A stretch of DNA of 64,000 nucleotides from a plasmid: the sequence record OW969666.1. One strand, given 5' to 3'. Of this stretch, positions 35,995 to 51,930 are shown in pieces. Below the pieces are notes generated by a model. The model ran no database searches and had not been told where the DNA came from. It saw nothing but the letters and a program-made list of their open reading frames with translations. Every line of letters begins with the position of its first letter. Within the stretch, counting starts at the first letter, position 1. A program made the translations under genes and the position numbers.

Positions 35995-36537
35995 ATGATA
36001 ATCTGGATCAACGGACCTTTCGGCGCCGGAAAGACGACTCTCGCTGAGCGGCTGCGCGATCGGCGTCCGAAATCGCTGATCTTTGACCCTGAGGAAATCG
36101 GGTTCGTGGTGAAAGAAACGGTCCCCATACCAGCGAGCGGAGACTATCAGGATCTCCCCTTGTGGAGGGGACTTACGATCGCTGCGGTCAGCGAGATTCG
36201 CAGGAATTACTCGCAGGACATCATCATCCCAATGACGCTCGTGCACCCGGACTATCTGACTGAGATACTCGACGGGTTAAGGCAGATCGACGATCAGCTG
36301 CTGCACATCTTTCTGATGCTTAACGAGGACCTATTGCGTCACCGGATCTCGAACCAGACCATGCATCCTGACCCGAATCGGAATGCGGAGATTCGAGAGT
36401 GGCGATTAGCGAATGTCGCCCGATGCTTGGCCGCAAGGGAACGGCTTCCGTCCACAACCCGTGTTCTCGATAGTGGTGCACACACCAGCGATGAACTTGC
36501 AGCGATGGTGCTCGACAGACTCGATCAGCGCACCTGA
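35995..36537 (+). CDS. tmrB: tunicamycin resistance protein TmrB-like ATP-binding protein
   Basis: A P-loop (INGPFGAGKTTL) is present. It is the usual partner downstream of aac(3)-II. Confidence 0.8.
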   Translation: MIIWINGPFGAGKTTLAERLRDRRPKSLIFDPEEIGFVVKETVPIPASGDYQDLPLWRGLTIAAVSEIRRNYSQDIIIPMTLVHPDYLTEILDGLRQIDDQLLHIFLMLNEDLLRHRISNQTMHPDPNRNAEIREWRLANVARCLAARERLPSTTRVLDSGAHTSDELAAMVLDRLDQRT

Positions 36538-36579
36538 TCGCCTTAGAGCTGGCTCGGGAAATCTGCACAGCGGGGATAA

Positions 36580-37678
36580 GTGGAGTTTCTGCCTGACTTC
36601 GGCTTAGATGCCGGGAACAGGAGAGACCATGACGAGACGACCGCGCCGGAACCATAGCCCGGCTTTCAAGGCGAAGGTGGCACTTGCCGCCATCCGAGGT
36701 GAGCAGACGCTGGTGGAGTTGTCCCAGCAGTTCGATGTGCACGCCAACCAGATCAAGCAATGGAAAGACCAGCTCCTTGAGGGGGCGACAGGTGTGTTCG
36801 GCGATGAAACGAAAGCGGAGCCGTCGGGTCCGACCATCGATGTCAAAACGCTGCACGCGAAAATCGGCGAACTGACACTGGAGAACGATTTTTTATCCGG
36901 TGCGCTCGGCAAGGCGGGATTGCTGGGCGGAAAGAAATGATCGACCGCGAGCACAAGCTATCCGTCGTGCGCCAGGCGAAGCTTCTCGGCTTCAGCCGTG
37001 GCAGCGTCTACTATCTGCCTCGTCCGGTGTCTGACGGCGATCTGGCCCTTATGCGCCGGATTGACGAATTGCATCTCGACTACCCCTTTGCCGGAAGTCG
37101 GATGTTGCAAGGGCTCTTGAGAGGAGAAGGTCTGGAGACCGGGCGGCGACACGTCGCCACGCTGATGAAGAAGATGGGCATCAAGGCGATCTACCGCCGC
37201 CCGAACACCTCGAAACCAGCGCCAGGGCACATACGAAAGCTGGCAGTCACCCGGCCCAATCAGGTGTGGGCAATGGACCTGACCTACATCCCCATGGCGC
37301 GGGGATTTGTCTATCTGTGCGCCGTCGTGGACTGGTTCAGCCGGAAGGTCTTGTCATGGCGGTTGTCGATCACGATGGAAGCAGCCTTCTGCATCGAGGC
37401 GGTGGAGGAGGCACTTGCCCGTCATGGCAGGCCGGAAATCTTCAATACCGACCAGGGATCGCAGTTCACCTCCATCGACTTCACCGCCGTGCTGAAGAGG
37501 TCACAGATTGCCATCTCGATGGATGGCAAGGGTGCGTGGCGAGACAATGTCTTCGTCGAGCGGCTCTGGCGTTCGATCAAATACGAGGAAGTCTACCTCC
37601 ATGCCTACAAGACTGTGTCCGAGGCACGCGCTGGCATCGCCCGATATCTGAACTTCTACAACACCAGACGCCCACATT
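36580..37678 (+). mobile_element. IS3-family element (IS407 group-like), 3'-truncated by IS26
   Basis: orfA is at 36608-36940 (MTRRPRRNHSPAFKAKVALAAIRGEQTLVELS). orfB is at 36937-37678 with a DDE domain and ends inside the IS26 IR. The left boundary is approximate. Confidence 0.75.
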
Positions 37679-38498
37679 GGCACTGTTGCAAAGTTAGCGA
37701 TGAGGCAGCCTTTTGTCTTATTCAAAGGCCTTACATTTCAAAAACTCTGCTTACCAGGCGCATTTCGCCCAGGGGATCACCATAATAAAATGCTGAGGCC
37801 TGGCCTTTGCGTAGTGCACGCATCACCTCAATACCTTTGATGGTGGCGTAAGCCGTCTTCATGGATTTAAATCCCAGCGTGGCGCCGATTATCCGTTTCA
37901 GTTTGCCATGATCGCATTCAATCACGTTGTTCCGGTACTTAATCTGTCGGTGTTCAACGTCAGACGGGCACCGGCCTTCGCGTTTGAGCAGAGCAAGCGC
38001 GCGACCATAGGCGGGCGCTTTATCCGTGTTGATGAATCGCGGGATCTGCCACTTCTTCACGTTGTTGAGGATTTTACCCAGAAACCGGTATGCAGCTTTG
38101 CTGTTACGACGGGAGGAGAGATAAAAATCGACAGTGCGGCCCCGGCTGTCGACGGCCCGGTACAGATACGCCCAGCGGCCATTGACCTTCACGTAGGTTT
38201 CATCCATGTGCCACGGGCAAAGATCGGAAGGGTTACGCCAGTACCAGCGCAGCCGTTTTTCCATTTCAGGCGCATAACGCTGAACCCAGCGGTAAATCGT
38301 GGAGTGATCGACATTCACTCCGCGTTCAGCCAGCATCTCCTGCAGCTCACGGTAACTGATGCCGTATTTGCAGTACCAGCGTACGGCCCACAGAATGATG
38401 TCACGCTGAAAATGCCGGCCTTTGAATGGGTTCATGTGCAGCTCCATCAGCAAAAGGGGATGATAAGTTTATCACCACCGACTATTTGCAACAGTGCC
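37679..38498 (-). mobile_element. tnp26: IS26 copy 6
   Basis: The transposase ORF is at 37731-38453. Confidence 0.97.
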
Positions 38499-40739
38499 CT
38501 ATTTTTCGGGGATCTGATTGCCCTCTGGCAATATCATTCAGCACGCCATAGTCGGCATCATGGTCCATTCGCCAGAAAACCGAAGCACCGGCATCAGCCA
38601 GGCGTGGAGAAAACTGGTATCCCAGCAGCCAGAAAAGGCCAAAGACAAGTTCGCTGGCACCTGCTGTATCGGTCATAATTTCGGTTGGATTCAGCCCGGT
38701 CTCCTGTTCCAGAAGACCTTCCAGCACAAAGATAGAGTCCCTCAGCGTCCCCGGTATAACGATGCCATGAAAGCCGGAATACTGATCGGACACAAAGTTG
38801 TACCAGGTGATCCCTCTGTTATTACCAAAGTATTTGCGGTTCGGTCCGGCATTGATTGTTCTGACTGGCGTAACAAAGCGCATTCCATCTGCAGATGCCA
38901 CTTCTCCTCCACCCCATATCTGTGCCAGTGGCAGCGTTGCCTGAAAATCAACCAGTCTGGCATTAGCGCTGGTGATAGTTTCAGCCCGCAGATAGTTCGC
39001 TTTTGTCCAGTTCAGCCGGTGTCGGGTCAGTGCAGGAACATTTGATCTGATCAGTGGTTCCAGACCGATATTGCAGGCTTCAGCCATCAGCACGGCGCTG
39101 ATGCTGACGGGCAGATCATCAACTCTGGCACTGGCTTCACTAGCATGGAAAAACTCATCAGCAAATCCGGTATGGGCGTTAATTTCGAGCAGCAACTCCG
39201 TTAAATCCACCGGAGGGAGTAGATCACTGATCATTTTGCTCAGTCGTTTCAGACTGTCCGGCTCATCAAGACTGGCGAGGGGAGAAATTGTCAACCGGGG
39301 CTTCGGGCCAGAAACATCGAGTTCGACAGCCTCATTTTCGCAAAGACGTGCAGCAACCTGTCTGTAACGACTATCAAGCTGATGACCCAGAGATTTTATT
39401 GCTTCCTGCGGGTCTGTCGGGTGCCCCAAAGAACGATAAACCTTAATCCGGTTTGCCTGCCAGTCAGCACCCTGTAGTAATCTTGCACGAGGATCTCCCC
39501 ACCGGTTACTGCCGGTAACGTAGACATCCCTCCGCCTCAGACTATCCTGCAGTTTACTGAGAAAGCAGAGCGTGTATCCCCTGCGGGTGATATGTTTTTC
39601 CTTGTTAATCACCAGCCGTTTCCATGACCGACTGATAATTTCCGTTGGTGCGTCGTCAAAAAACTGCCGCCGTGAGCTGAACTCCCGGCTGAGGTAGTCA
39701 CAGGCATTCAGAGTGGTAACCCCGGCAGGTGCGGATGAAAATTTAACGGTATTCAGCAGATGGGGCAGGAAACGACGAACGCGCCCGTACTGCTCCACCA
39801 TTTCTTCATGAAAATTATCGTCTGAGGGCCGGGCAATTTCACGGACAAGCGTGATGATTTCAGCCAGCTTTTGCCTTGGGATGTAGCTGAACACCTCAGC
39901 ACGAATCGATTCGTCCGGTGTTTCTTCTTTCAGCAGGTACGAACATGCGCTGGCGAGCGCCAATGCAGATTTATCCAGATCCTTCAGCGAGCGGAGCCGT
40001 TTTTTCTGCCCAATCTTTCTGGCGTCACGGATGATAACGGCCAGCATGGCGTCCAGAACGTCCAATGCATCATCCAGCGCCAGCGTTTCCCATGCAAGGA
40101 CAAAGGCAACCAGAACCGCCATCCTTTTCTGCGGTGACATCCTGGCAATATTGAACACCGAAGTCATACCAGCATAACGTGCGAGATTTTTCAGGCGCAC
40201 AGCCGGGAGTGTACTCAGGTTTTCAGCATGCAGGCCAAAATCGTTCAGAGTTTTCCAGCGTTCAATTGCTTCATTAAACGCCGGACCACTGATGGTCACA
40301 GGGCCCTTTTTCAGTGATTCCAGTAAAGACAGGCGGCTGCAATCAGTTGGCCCCAGCAGCATCTCCAGCTGTGAACGCTGTTCGGCTGACGGTATCAGTG
40401 CCAGTTTGTTCCACAGGCGCAACGTCGCCTTTTCCCTTACCTCTGAAATCAACCGGGTCAGCGTAGTGGCTCCGGGGAGAATAATACGATGTTGCATAAG
40501 CCACCCTGTCGCCAGATCGAAAAGCAGGCCAGGACGTTCGTTGCTTATCCAGCTCCGGGTATATAAAAGACGGGTAAGGCGAAATGTCCAGGGCCAGGCA
40601 AATTCACGATACTGATAGTGCTGACGTATCAGCGCTGCATGCTCACGGCGGGTATTTTCCCTCTGACCGTATTCTGCAAGAACGGTGATATCACGAATCC
40701 CGAGCTGTCTGGCGGTAAAATGCCGGACGCCGGAAGGAA
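38499..40739 (-). pseudogene. tnpA: Tn2/Tn3 tnpA internal segment, 3'-truncated by IS26 and separated from its 5' end by the ISEcp1 unit
   Basis: Translation ...HIPSGVRHFTARQLGIRDITVLAEYGQRENTRREHAALIRQHYQYREF...MQHRIILPGATTLTRLISEVREK... matches Tn3 TnpA. It ends ...GQSDPRKI at the IS26 IR. Confidence 0.88.
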
Positions 40740-40756
40740 TATGACCTGGGACCTAC

Positions 40757-41089
40757 GTGCGCCCGCACCGACACCCTCACACCTTCGAGCTACTGTTGCC
40801 ATTAAGGGGTCGTTTCGTGGTGCTGAATTTTGACGATCGGGGTACCGTCACCCATCGGGCGATATTGGGGGAAACCTGTACGGTGCTGGAGATGGCCGCA
40901 GGAACCTGGCATGCCGTGCTGTCGCTGGATACCGGTGGCATAATTTTTGAAGTAAAACACGGTGGCTATCAACCCGTGGCTGCCGATGACTATGCGCACT
41001 GGGCTCCAGCGGAAGGAGAACCAGGAACCACGGAGCTTATGGCCTGGTATGCGCAAGCGCAGGTGGGCGACAGCACTTTTGCCGTCTAA
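40757..41089 (+). CDS. cupin-domain protein (orf477/WbuC-like remnant) downstream of blaCTX-M
   Basis: The 110-aa cupin-like ORF is typical of the CTX-M-15 unit. Confidence 0.7.
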   Translation: MRPHRHPHTFELLLPLRGRFVVLNFDDRGTVTHRAILGETCTVLEMAAGTWHAVLSLDTGGIIFEVKHGGYQPVAADDYAHWAPAEGEPGTTELMAWYAQAQVGDSTFAV

Positions 41090-41135
41090 GGCGATAAACA
41101 AAAACGGAATGAGTTTCCCCATTCCGTTTCCGCTA

Positions 41136-43715
<2,580 letters not shown>

Positions 43716-43929
43716 TATGATTCATATCGGTGAGGAAGGTGCCCAGAAAACGGACACATCCAATTTGCAGGGCAATGCCCAGACGGTTGTGATCACCTCT
43801 GCTTTTTCCGATAAATTCCTTGTCTGCTTCATCAAGGTGAAAATATCGTGCCAGCTGAAGCTCATCCGGTTCACCGGTGAATCTGCCATAGCTTTCAGTC
43901 TGCTCAGTGGTCAGAAAGTCAACGGGCAT
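43716..43929 (-). pseudogene. tnpA: Tn2/Tn3 tnpA 5' end (N-terminal 71 codons)
   Basis: [71 protein letters not shown] is followed by ISEcp1. Confidence 0.9.
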
Positions 43930-43990
43930 ATCGGCCTCCCTGCCTGACGGGCATTTAGTAACATTTTTCCAACCGTACGAAATGTTATAA

Positions 43991-44650
<660 letters not shown>

Positions 44651-44820
44651 TACGCCTATTTTTATAGGTTAATGTCATGATAATAATGGTTTCTTAGACG
44701 TCAGGTGGCACTTTTCGGGGAAATGTGCGCGGAACCCCTATTTGTTTATTTTTCTAAATACATTCAAATATGTATCCGCTCATGAGACAATAACCCTGGT
44801 AAATGCTTCAATAATATTGA

Positions 44821-45693
<873 letters not shown>

Positions 45694-45802
45694 CTGTCAG
45701 ACCAAGTTTACTCATATATACTTTAGATTGATTTAAAACTTCATTTTTAATTTAAAAGGATCTAGGTGAAGATCCTTTTTGATAATCTCATGACCAAAAT
45801 CC

Positions 45803-45840
45803 CTTAACGTGAGTTTTCGTTCCACTGAGCGTCAGACCCC
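45803..45840. repeat. Tn2/Tn3 38-bp terminal inverted repeat (bla end)
   Basis: The sequence TTAACGTGAGTTTTCGTTCCACTGAGCGTCAGACCCC ends the Tn2 remnant. Confidence 0.85.
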
Positions 45841-45868
45841 TAAAAGAACTTTCCGCTAAGCGATAGAC

Positions 45869-47097
45869 TGAATCGCCACGCGTTTAACAGACACCTCAGA
45901 GTCATTTAAGATGACTTAAAGAGAGGTGCCCATGAGCGGTAAGCGTTATCCTGAAGAGTTTAAAACTGAAGCAGTCAAACAGGTTGTTGATCGCGGTTAT
46001 TCTGTTGCCAGCGTTGCAACACGTCTCGATATCACCACCCACAGCCTTTATGCCTGGATAAAGAAGTACGGTCCGGATTCTTCCACTAATAAAGAACAGT
46101 CAGATGCTCAGGCCGAGATCCGCCGTCTCCAGAAAGAGCTGAAACGGGTTACCGACGAACGGGACATATTAAAAAAAGCCGCGGCGTACTTCGCAAAGCT
46201 GTCCGACTGAGGTACGCCTTTATCCGTGACAACTCCTGTTGCTGGCCTGTTCGCCTGCTCTGTCGGGTGCTGGATGTTCATCCCAGTGGTTTTTACGCCT
46301 GGCTTCAGCAGCCGCATTCACAACGCCATCAGGCAGACCTGAGACTGACAGGACAGATTAAACAGTTCTGGCTGGAATCGGGATGCGTCTATGGTTATCG
46401 CAAAATCCATCTGGATCTGCGTGACAGCGGGCAACAGTGCGGAGTAAACAGAGTCTGGAGACTGATGAAACGTGTCGGAATAAAGGCTCAGGTCGGATAC
46501 CGAAGCCCGCGGGCACGTAAAGGCGAGGCCAGTATCGTGTCACCCAACAGGCTCCAGCGACAGTTCAATCCGGATGCTCCTGATGAGCGTTGGGTAACGG
46601 ACATAACCTACATCAGGACCCACGAAGGCTGGCTGTATCTTGCCGTTGTTGTTGATCTGTTCTCACGCAAAATTATCGGCTGGTCCATGCAATCCCGGAT
46701 GACAAAGGACATTGTCCTGAACGCACTGCTGATGGCTGTATGGCGGCGTAATCCCGAAAAACAGGTGCTGGTTCATTCGGATCAGGGCAGTCAGTACACA
46801 AGCCATGAGTGGCAGTCGTTCCTGAAATCACACGGCCTGGAGGGTAGCATGAGCCGTCGCGGTAACTGCCATGATAATGCGGTTGCAGAAAGTTTTTTCC
46901 AGTTGTTGAAACGTGAACGGATAAAGAAAAAGATCTACGGAACGCGGGAAGAAGCCCGCAGTGATATTTTTGATTACATCGAAATGTTTTATAACAGTAA
47001 GCGTCGGCATGGTTCTAGCGAACAGATGTCACCGACAGAATATGAAAACCAGTATTATCAACGGCTCGGAAGTGTCTAGATTATCCGTGGCGATTCA
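45869..47097 (+). mobile_element. IS3-family insertion sequence (1229 bp)
   Basis: The terminal IRs are TGAATCGCCACG...CGTGGCGATTCA. orfA is at 45926-46210 and orfB at 46267-47079 (a DDE domain in the -1 frame). It is flanked by a 3-bp direct repeat GAC. Confidence 0.85.
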
Positions 47098-47134
47098 GAC
47101 TGTATGTAAACACAGTATTGCAAGGACGCGGAAC

Positions 47135-47640
47135 ATGCCTCATGTGGCGGCCAGGACGGCCAGCCGGGATCGGGATACTGGTCGTTACCAGAGCCACCGA
47201 CCCGAGCAAACCCTTCTCTATCAGATCGTTGACGAGTATTACCCGGCATTCGCTGCGCTTATGGCAGAGCAGGGAAAGGAATTGCCGGGCTATGTGCAAC
47301 GGGAATTTGAAGAATTTCTCCAATGCGGGCGGCTGGAGCATGGCTTTCTACGGGTTCGCTGCGAGTCTTGCCACGCCGAGCACCTGGTCGCTTTCAGCTG
47401 TAAGCGTCGCGGTTTCTGCCCGAGCTGTGGGGCGCGGCGGATGGCCGAAAGTGCCGCCTTGCTGGTTGATGAAGTACTGCCTGAACAACCCATGCGTCAG
47501 TGGGTGTTGAGCTTCCCGTTTCAGCTGCGTTTCCTGTTTGGGGTCGTTTGCGGGAAGGGGCGGAATCCTACGCTAAGGCTTTGGCCAGCGATATTCTCCG
47601 GTGAGATTGATGTGTTCCCAGGGGATAGGAGAAGTCGCTT
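47135..47640 (+). pseudogene. IS91/ISCR-family transposase N-terminal fragment
   Basis: A zinc-ribbon N-terminus is present (RVRCESCHAEHLVAFSCKRRGFCPSCGARRMAESAALLVDEV) with no downstream continuation. Confidence 0.55.
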
Positions 47641-47645
47641 GATAT

Positions 47646-48482
47646 CTAGTATGACGTCTGTCGCACCTGCTTGATCGCGGCCGCGATAGCTAGATCGCGT
47701 TGCTCCTCTTCTCCATCCGCGTTCCAAGCTGCGGAAAGGCACCCATAAGCGTACGCCTGGTCGAGCAGGCGACGCGGATCGACGTCCAGCGCACGAGAGA
47801 ATGCGTCCGCCATCTGTGCAATGCGTCTAGGATCGAGACAAAGGTCGTCTCTGTCAGCCGGATCGTAGAACATATTGGCGGCGCCAAAGCCCACTTCACC
47901 GACCAGACCGACGGGATCTATCACCAGCCAGCCGCGACTGGAGAACATGATGTTTTCATGATGCAGATCGCCATGTAGCCCACGCAGTTCCGAGGCATTG
48001 CTCATCATTTGATCGGCTATAATCGCCGCGTGGACGTAGTCAGTTTGACAACCTGCGTTTTGATCATCGCGCGCCCGCTGAAACAAAGCTGCAAAGCGAT
48101 CCCGGATCGGGAGAAGGGCAGAAGGCAGGGGTTCCTCAGATGCGGCATACAGCTTCGCCATTAGTTCCGCTGCAATTTCGGTCGCCTGGTAGTCGCCGTG
48201 CTCGGCAACGATGTGAGAGAGCATTCGCTCCCCGGCATATTCGAGCAACATCAGATTGTTCTCACGACCGAGCAACCGGACTGCTCCCCTCCCATTGCGC
48301 CATACCAGATAGTCGGCCCCGCGCAGTTCATCAGCAATGTCTTCTATAGGTTTCAATCCCTTGACGATTGCAGGAGTCCCGTCTGGCAATGAAACTTTCC
48401 AAACGAGGCTGGAAAAGGTGTCCGCAATGAGAACAGGTTGCGAAACGTGCCAATGAGCAGGAAAAACAGGCGGCATGAACAT
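47646..48482 (-). CDS. strB: aminoglycoside 6-phosphotransferase APH(6)-Id (StrB)
   Basis: The 278-aa product MFMPPVFPAHWHVSQPVLIADTFSSLVWKVSLPDGTPAIVKGL... overlaps the strA stop. Confidence 0.93.
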   Translation of the reverse strand: MFMPPVFPAHWHVSQPVLIADTFSSLVWKVSLPDGTPAIVKGLKPIEDIADELRGADYLVWRNGRGAVRLLGRENNLMLLEYAGERMLSHIVAEHGDYQATEIAAELMAKLYAASEEPLPSALLPIRDRFAALFQRARDDQNAGCQTDYVHAAIIADQMMSNASELRGLHGDLHHENIMFSSRGWLVIDPVGLVGEVGFGAANMFYDPADRDDLCLDPRRIAQMADAFSRALDVDPRRLLDQAYAYGCLSAAWNADGEEEQRDLAIAAAIKQVRQTSY

Positions 48483-49285
48483 CAACCCCAAGTCAGAGGG
48501 TCCAATCGCAGATAGAAGGCAAGGCGTTCGCGGTCGGGGGCTTCGATCCCCAATACATTGAATAGGACAGCGAAGGCGCGCTCTGCTTCATCTGGCGCTG
48601 CCCAGTTCTCTTCGGCGTTAGCAATCATGAGTGCCAAATCGGCATAGCGATCTGCTGTTCCGAGCCGCCCAAGGTCGATCAGACCCGTGCATTGAAGAGT
48701 TTTAGGGTCCACCATGAAGTTCGGCATGCAGGGATCACCATGGCAAACAACCATATCGGTGCGCTCTTGGTCGAGCCGCACCGGTAGCTCTCGTTCGACA
48801 CGAGCCAAAAGATCGAGCTGCGGCGTACTCTTGTCCTCGTCCGGTAAGAAGTCGGGATTGACGGCATTGCGGGACACCACATCAACGGCGCGTCCGAACA
48901 TTCGCGACAGCCTGCGCTCAAACGGACATTGATCAACCGATAGGCTGTGAACAGCGCCAAGTTGCTGCCCCATTGACGGCCACGCTTTGAGCAAATCCGC
49001 TCCAGACAGATCAGCCGCCGGTACTCCCGGAATTGCCGTTATCACCAAGCATGCACCCTCCTGTTCCTCCTGCCAGTTGATGACCTCGGGGCAAGCCACA
49101 CCTCGACCTTTGAGCCAAATGAGGCGGTCACGCTCTCCAGCGAGCTCACCGCGGCGGGAAGCAGGTGCGATTTTCGCGAAGGCATGCCCGTCACCACGTC
49201 GAAAAACAAAATCACCAGATTCTCCGCCTCTGACAGGCAACCAGTCAGAATGCGATTCACCAAAAAAAATATTAGTTCGATTCAA
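48482..49285 (-). CDS. strA: aminoglycoside 3''-phosphotransferase APH(3'')-Ib (StrA)
   Basis: The 267-aa product is MNRTNIFFGESHSDWLPVRGGESGDFVFRRGDGHAFAKIAP... Confidence 0.93.
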   Translation of the reverse strand: MNRTNIFFGESHSDWLPVRGGESGDFVFRRGDGHAFAKIAPASRRGELAGERDRLIWLKGRGVACPEVINWQEEQEGACLVITAIPGVPAADLSGADLLKAWPSMGQQLGAVHSLSVDQCPFERRLSRMFGRAVDVVSRNAVNPDFLPDEDKSTPQLDLLARVERELPVRLDQERTDMVVCHGDPCMPNFMVDPKTLQCTGLIDLGRLGTADRYADLALMIANAEENWAAPDEAERAFAVLFNVLGIEAPDRERLAFYLRLDPLTWG

Positions 49286-49345
49286 TGGAGGTTCCTTCAG
49301 TTTTCTGATGAAGCGCGAATATAGAGAAATATCCCGAATGTGCAG

Positions 49346-50161
49346 TTAACGAATTCTTGCGGTTTCTTTCAGCGCCGCCAATACCGCCAGCCCGTCGCGC
49401 AAGGGGCGCGGCTCGTGTGTGCGGATGAAGTCAGCTCCACCTGCGGCGGCGGCAAGCTCTGCAGCGAGTGTCGCGGCCCCGACATCCCCCGGACCACGGC
49501 CTGTGAGCGCGCGCAGAAAGGATTTGCGCGAAACAGACAGAAGCACCGGCAAATCGAAGCGCAGCCGCAATTCATCGAACCGCGCCAGCACCGAGAGCGA
49601 GGTTTCGGGAGCAGCCCCCAGAAAAAACCCCATGCCGGGATCAAGGACAAGGCGGTTGCGTTTGATACCGGCACCCGTCAGCGCCGCGATGCGCGCGTCA
49701 AAGAACGCCGCAATGTGATCCATGATGTCGCCAGCGGGTGCCTCGCGCCGATCTGCCTGCCCGTCTTGCACCGAATGCATAACGACGAGTTTGGCAGATG
49801 ATTTCGCCAATTGCGGATAGAACGCAGCGTCTGGAAAACCGCGAATATCATTGAGATAGGCCACACCACGCGACAAGGCATAGGCTTGCGTCGCGGGTTG
49901 ATAACTGTCGAGCGAGACGGGAATGCCATCTGCCTTGAGCGCGTCCAGCACCGGCGCGATACGCGCGATTTCTGTGTCGGACGAAACAGGCGCGGCGTCG
50001 GGATTGCTGGATGCCGGACCGAGGTCGATCACATCTGCCCCCTCGGCCATCAGCTTACGCGCCTGCGCAATGGCTGCGTCTGGCGCCAGATACCGGCCTC
50101 CATCGGAGAAACTGTCCGAGGTTATGTTGACGATGCCGAAAATGATGAGCGATTTATTCAT
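49346..50161 (-). CDS. sul2: sulfonamide-resistant dihydropteroate synthase Sul2
   Basis: The 271-aa product is MNKSLIIFGIVNITSDSFSDGGRYLAPDAAIAQARKLMAEGADVIDLG... Confidence 0.93.
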   Translation of the reverse strand: MNKSLIIFGIVNITSDSFSDGGRYLAPDAAIAQARKLMAEGADVIDLGPASSNPDAAPVSSDTEIARIAPVLDALKADGIPVSLDSYQPATQAYALSRGVAYLNDIRGFPDAAFYPQLAKSSAKLVVMHSVQDGQADRREAPAGDIMDHIAAFFDARIAALTGAGIKRNRLVLDPGMGFFLGAAPETSLSVLARFDELRLRFDLPVLLSVSRKSFLRALTGRGPGDVGAATLAAELAAAAGGADFIRTHEPRPLRDGLAVLAALKETARIR

Positions 50162-50420
50162 GGGGGCTTCTATAATAATAATAATCGAGCATGAGTCTCA
50201 TACGGATGCTCGGGTCGAAAGGGAATCCCCAGGCGAGTAACCTGTTTGCGGTGCTCCATTAGCTGCAGGAGCAGAATAGCATACATCTGGAAGCAAAGCC
50301 AGGAAAGCGGCCTATGGAGCTGTGCGGCAGCGCTCAGTAGGCAATTTTTCAAAATATTGTTAAGCCTTTTCTGAGCATGGTATTTTTCATGGTATTACCA
50401 ATTAGCAGGAAAATAAGCCA

Positions 50421-50570
50421 TTGAATATAAAAGATAAAAATGTCTTGTTTACAATAGAGTGGGATCGGAGACGAAGAAGGACAAGGTACATGCTGACCGA
50501 TACCAAGCTGCGCAATCTCAAGCCCAGGGACAAACTCTACAAAGTGAATGACCGGGAAGGTCTCTATGTG
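50421..50570 (+). pseudogene. integrase N-terminal fragment next to the transposon IR
   Basis: MLTDTKLRNLKPRDKLYKVNDREGLYV resembles the N-terminal arm-binding region of P4-type tyrosine integrases. The ORF then runs into the Tn21-family IR. Confidence 0.35.
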
Positions 50571-50593
50571 GGGGTCGCCTCAGAAAACGGAAT

Positions 50594-51920
50594 CTATGGT
50601 CACTCCCGTTTTTGCAACACCGATTTTGACGACAAGTTGGCTTGCTTGAATCTATCCGGCGTCTGAATGGGATTTTATTCCCGCGCCTCGATGAGTTCCG
50701 CGCCTGATGAACCTCCAGAAAATATACGGCTTCAATGAGCCTTTCCGTTTTACAGGTTCCTCAACAGGCCGGTGGGCCGTTAGTATCATCAATATCAGTA
50801 TTCGCAAAACCAGATGAATGATTGTTTAAACTGGTGTATTTCTGCCTTTATGCTTCGTAAGTTTGCTGTCGCGCCGTCAGTGCCCAGGCTATTCTGGCCA
50901 GCTTGTTTGCCAGAGCACAGGTGACGACAAAGTTGCTTTTCCGACACAACAACTCCCTGACCCAGTCGGCCAACTTGCCAGACTGGTGTTCCAGTTTTTG
51001 TATGAATACCCTGGCACACTGAACCAACAAAGTTCGGATCTTTTTGTTGCCCCGCTTGCTAATCCCTAACAATGTCGTCCGACCTCCCGTGCTGTACTGT
51101 CGGGGTACCAGCCCTGTTGCCGCCGCAAAGTCACGGCTGCTGGCGTACTGCTTCCCGTCGCCAATCTCAGTTGAAATAGTACTGGCAGTCAGCGTTCCAA
51201 CGCAGGGAATACTCAGCAAGCGCTGTCCAACCTCATCTTCGTCCAACTTTCGTTTCAACTGAGATTCCAGATCTTTAATCTGCTCAACAAGATAGTGATA
51301 ATGCTGTTGTAATTTCAGCAGTAACTGGCTGAGATAAAGAGGCAAACTACTGTCCTCAAGAAGGGTACTCAGTCGACTAATAACGGCAGCACCTCGCGGA
51401 ACGCTGATACCAAATTCCAGCAGAAAAGCATGCATCTGATTAGTTGTTTTCACCTTATCCTGAACCAGGGATTCACGGACACGATGCAGAGCTCGCATTG
51501 CCTGCTGAGATTCGGTTCTGGGCTGCACGAAACGCATAGATGGACGTGATGCTGCTTCACAGATAGCTTCAGCATCAACGAAGTCATTTTTGTTGCTTTT
51601 AACGAATGGGCGGACAAATTGCGGTGATATCAGCTTTGGAAAATGCCCTAACTCTTCCAGCTTGCGTGCCATAAAGTGAGAACCGCCACAGGCTTCCATC
51701 GCGATGGTTGTTGCCGGGCATGTCGCCAGAAATTCGATTAGCTTTGGTCGGGTGAATTTTTTACGGTAAACGGCCTTCCCACGATGATCCTGACAATGAA
51801 TATGGAAAGAGTTCTTACCCAGATCGATACCAATAAGCGCAATGTTTTCCATGATGGTTCTCCGAATGAAAGCCTGTCCTCAGCATAGTACTGGGAAGGA
51901 GGGAGTGACCATCTCATTAA
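50594..51920 (-). mobile_element. IS110-family element of the IS4321/IS5075 type inserted in a Tn21-family terminal IR
   Basis: The 334-aa IS110-family transposase ORF is at 50848-51852. The 1327-bp element splits a 38-bp IR into GGGGGTCGCCTCAGAAAACGGAA at 50571-50593 and AATAAAGCACGCTAAG at 51921-51937. Confidence 0.8.
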
Positions 51921-51930
51921 ATAAAGCACG

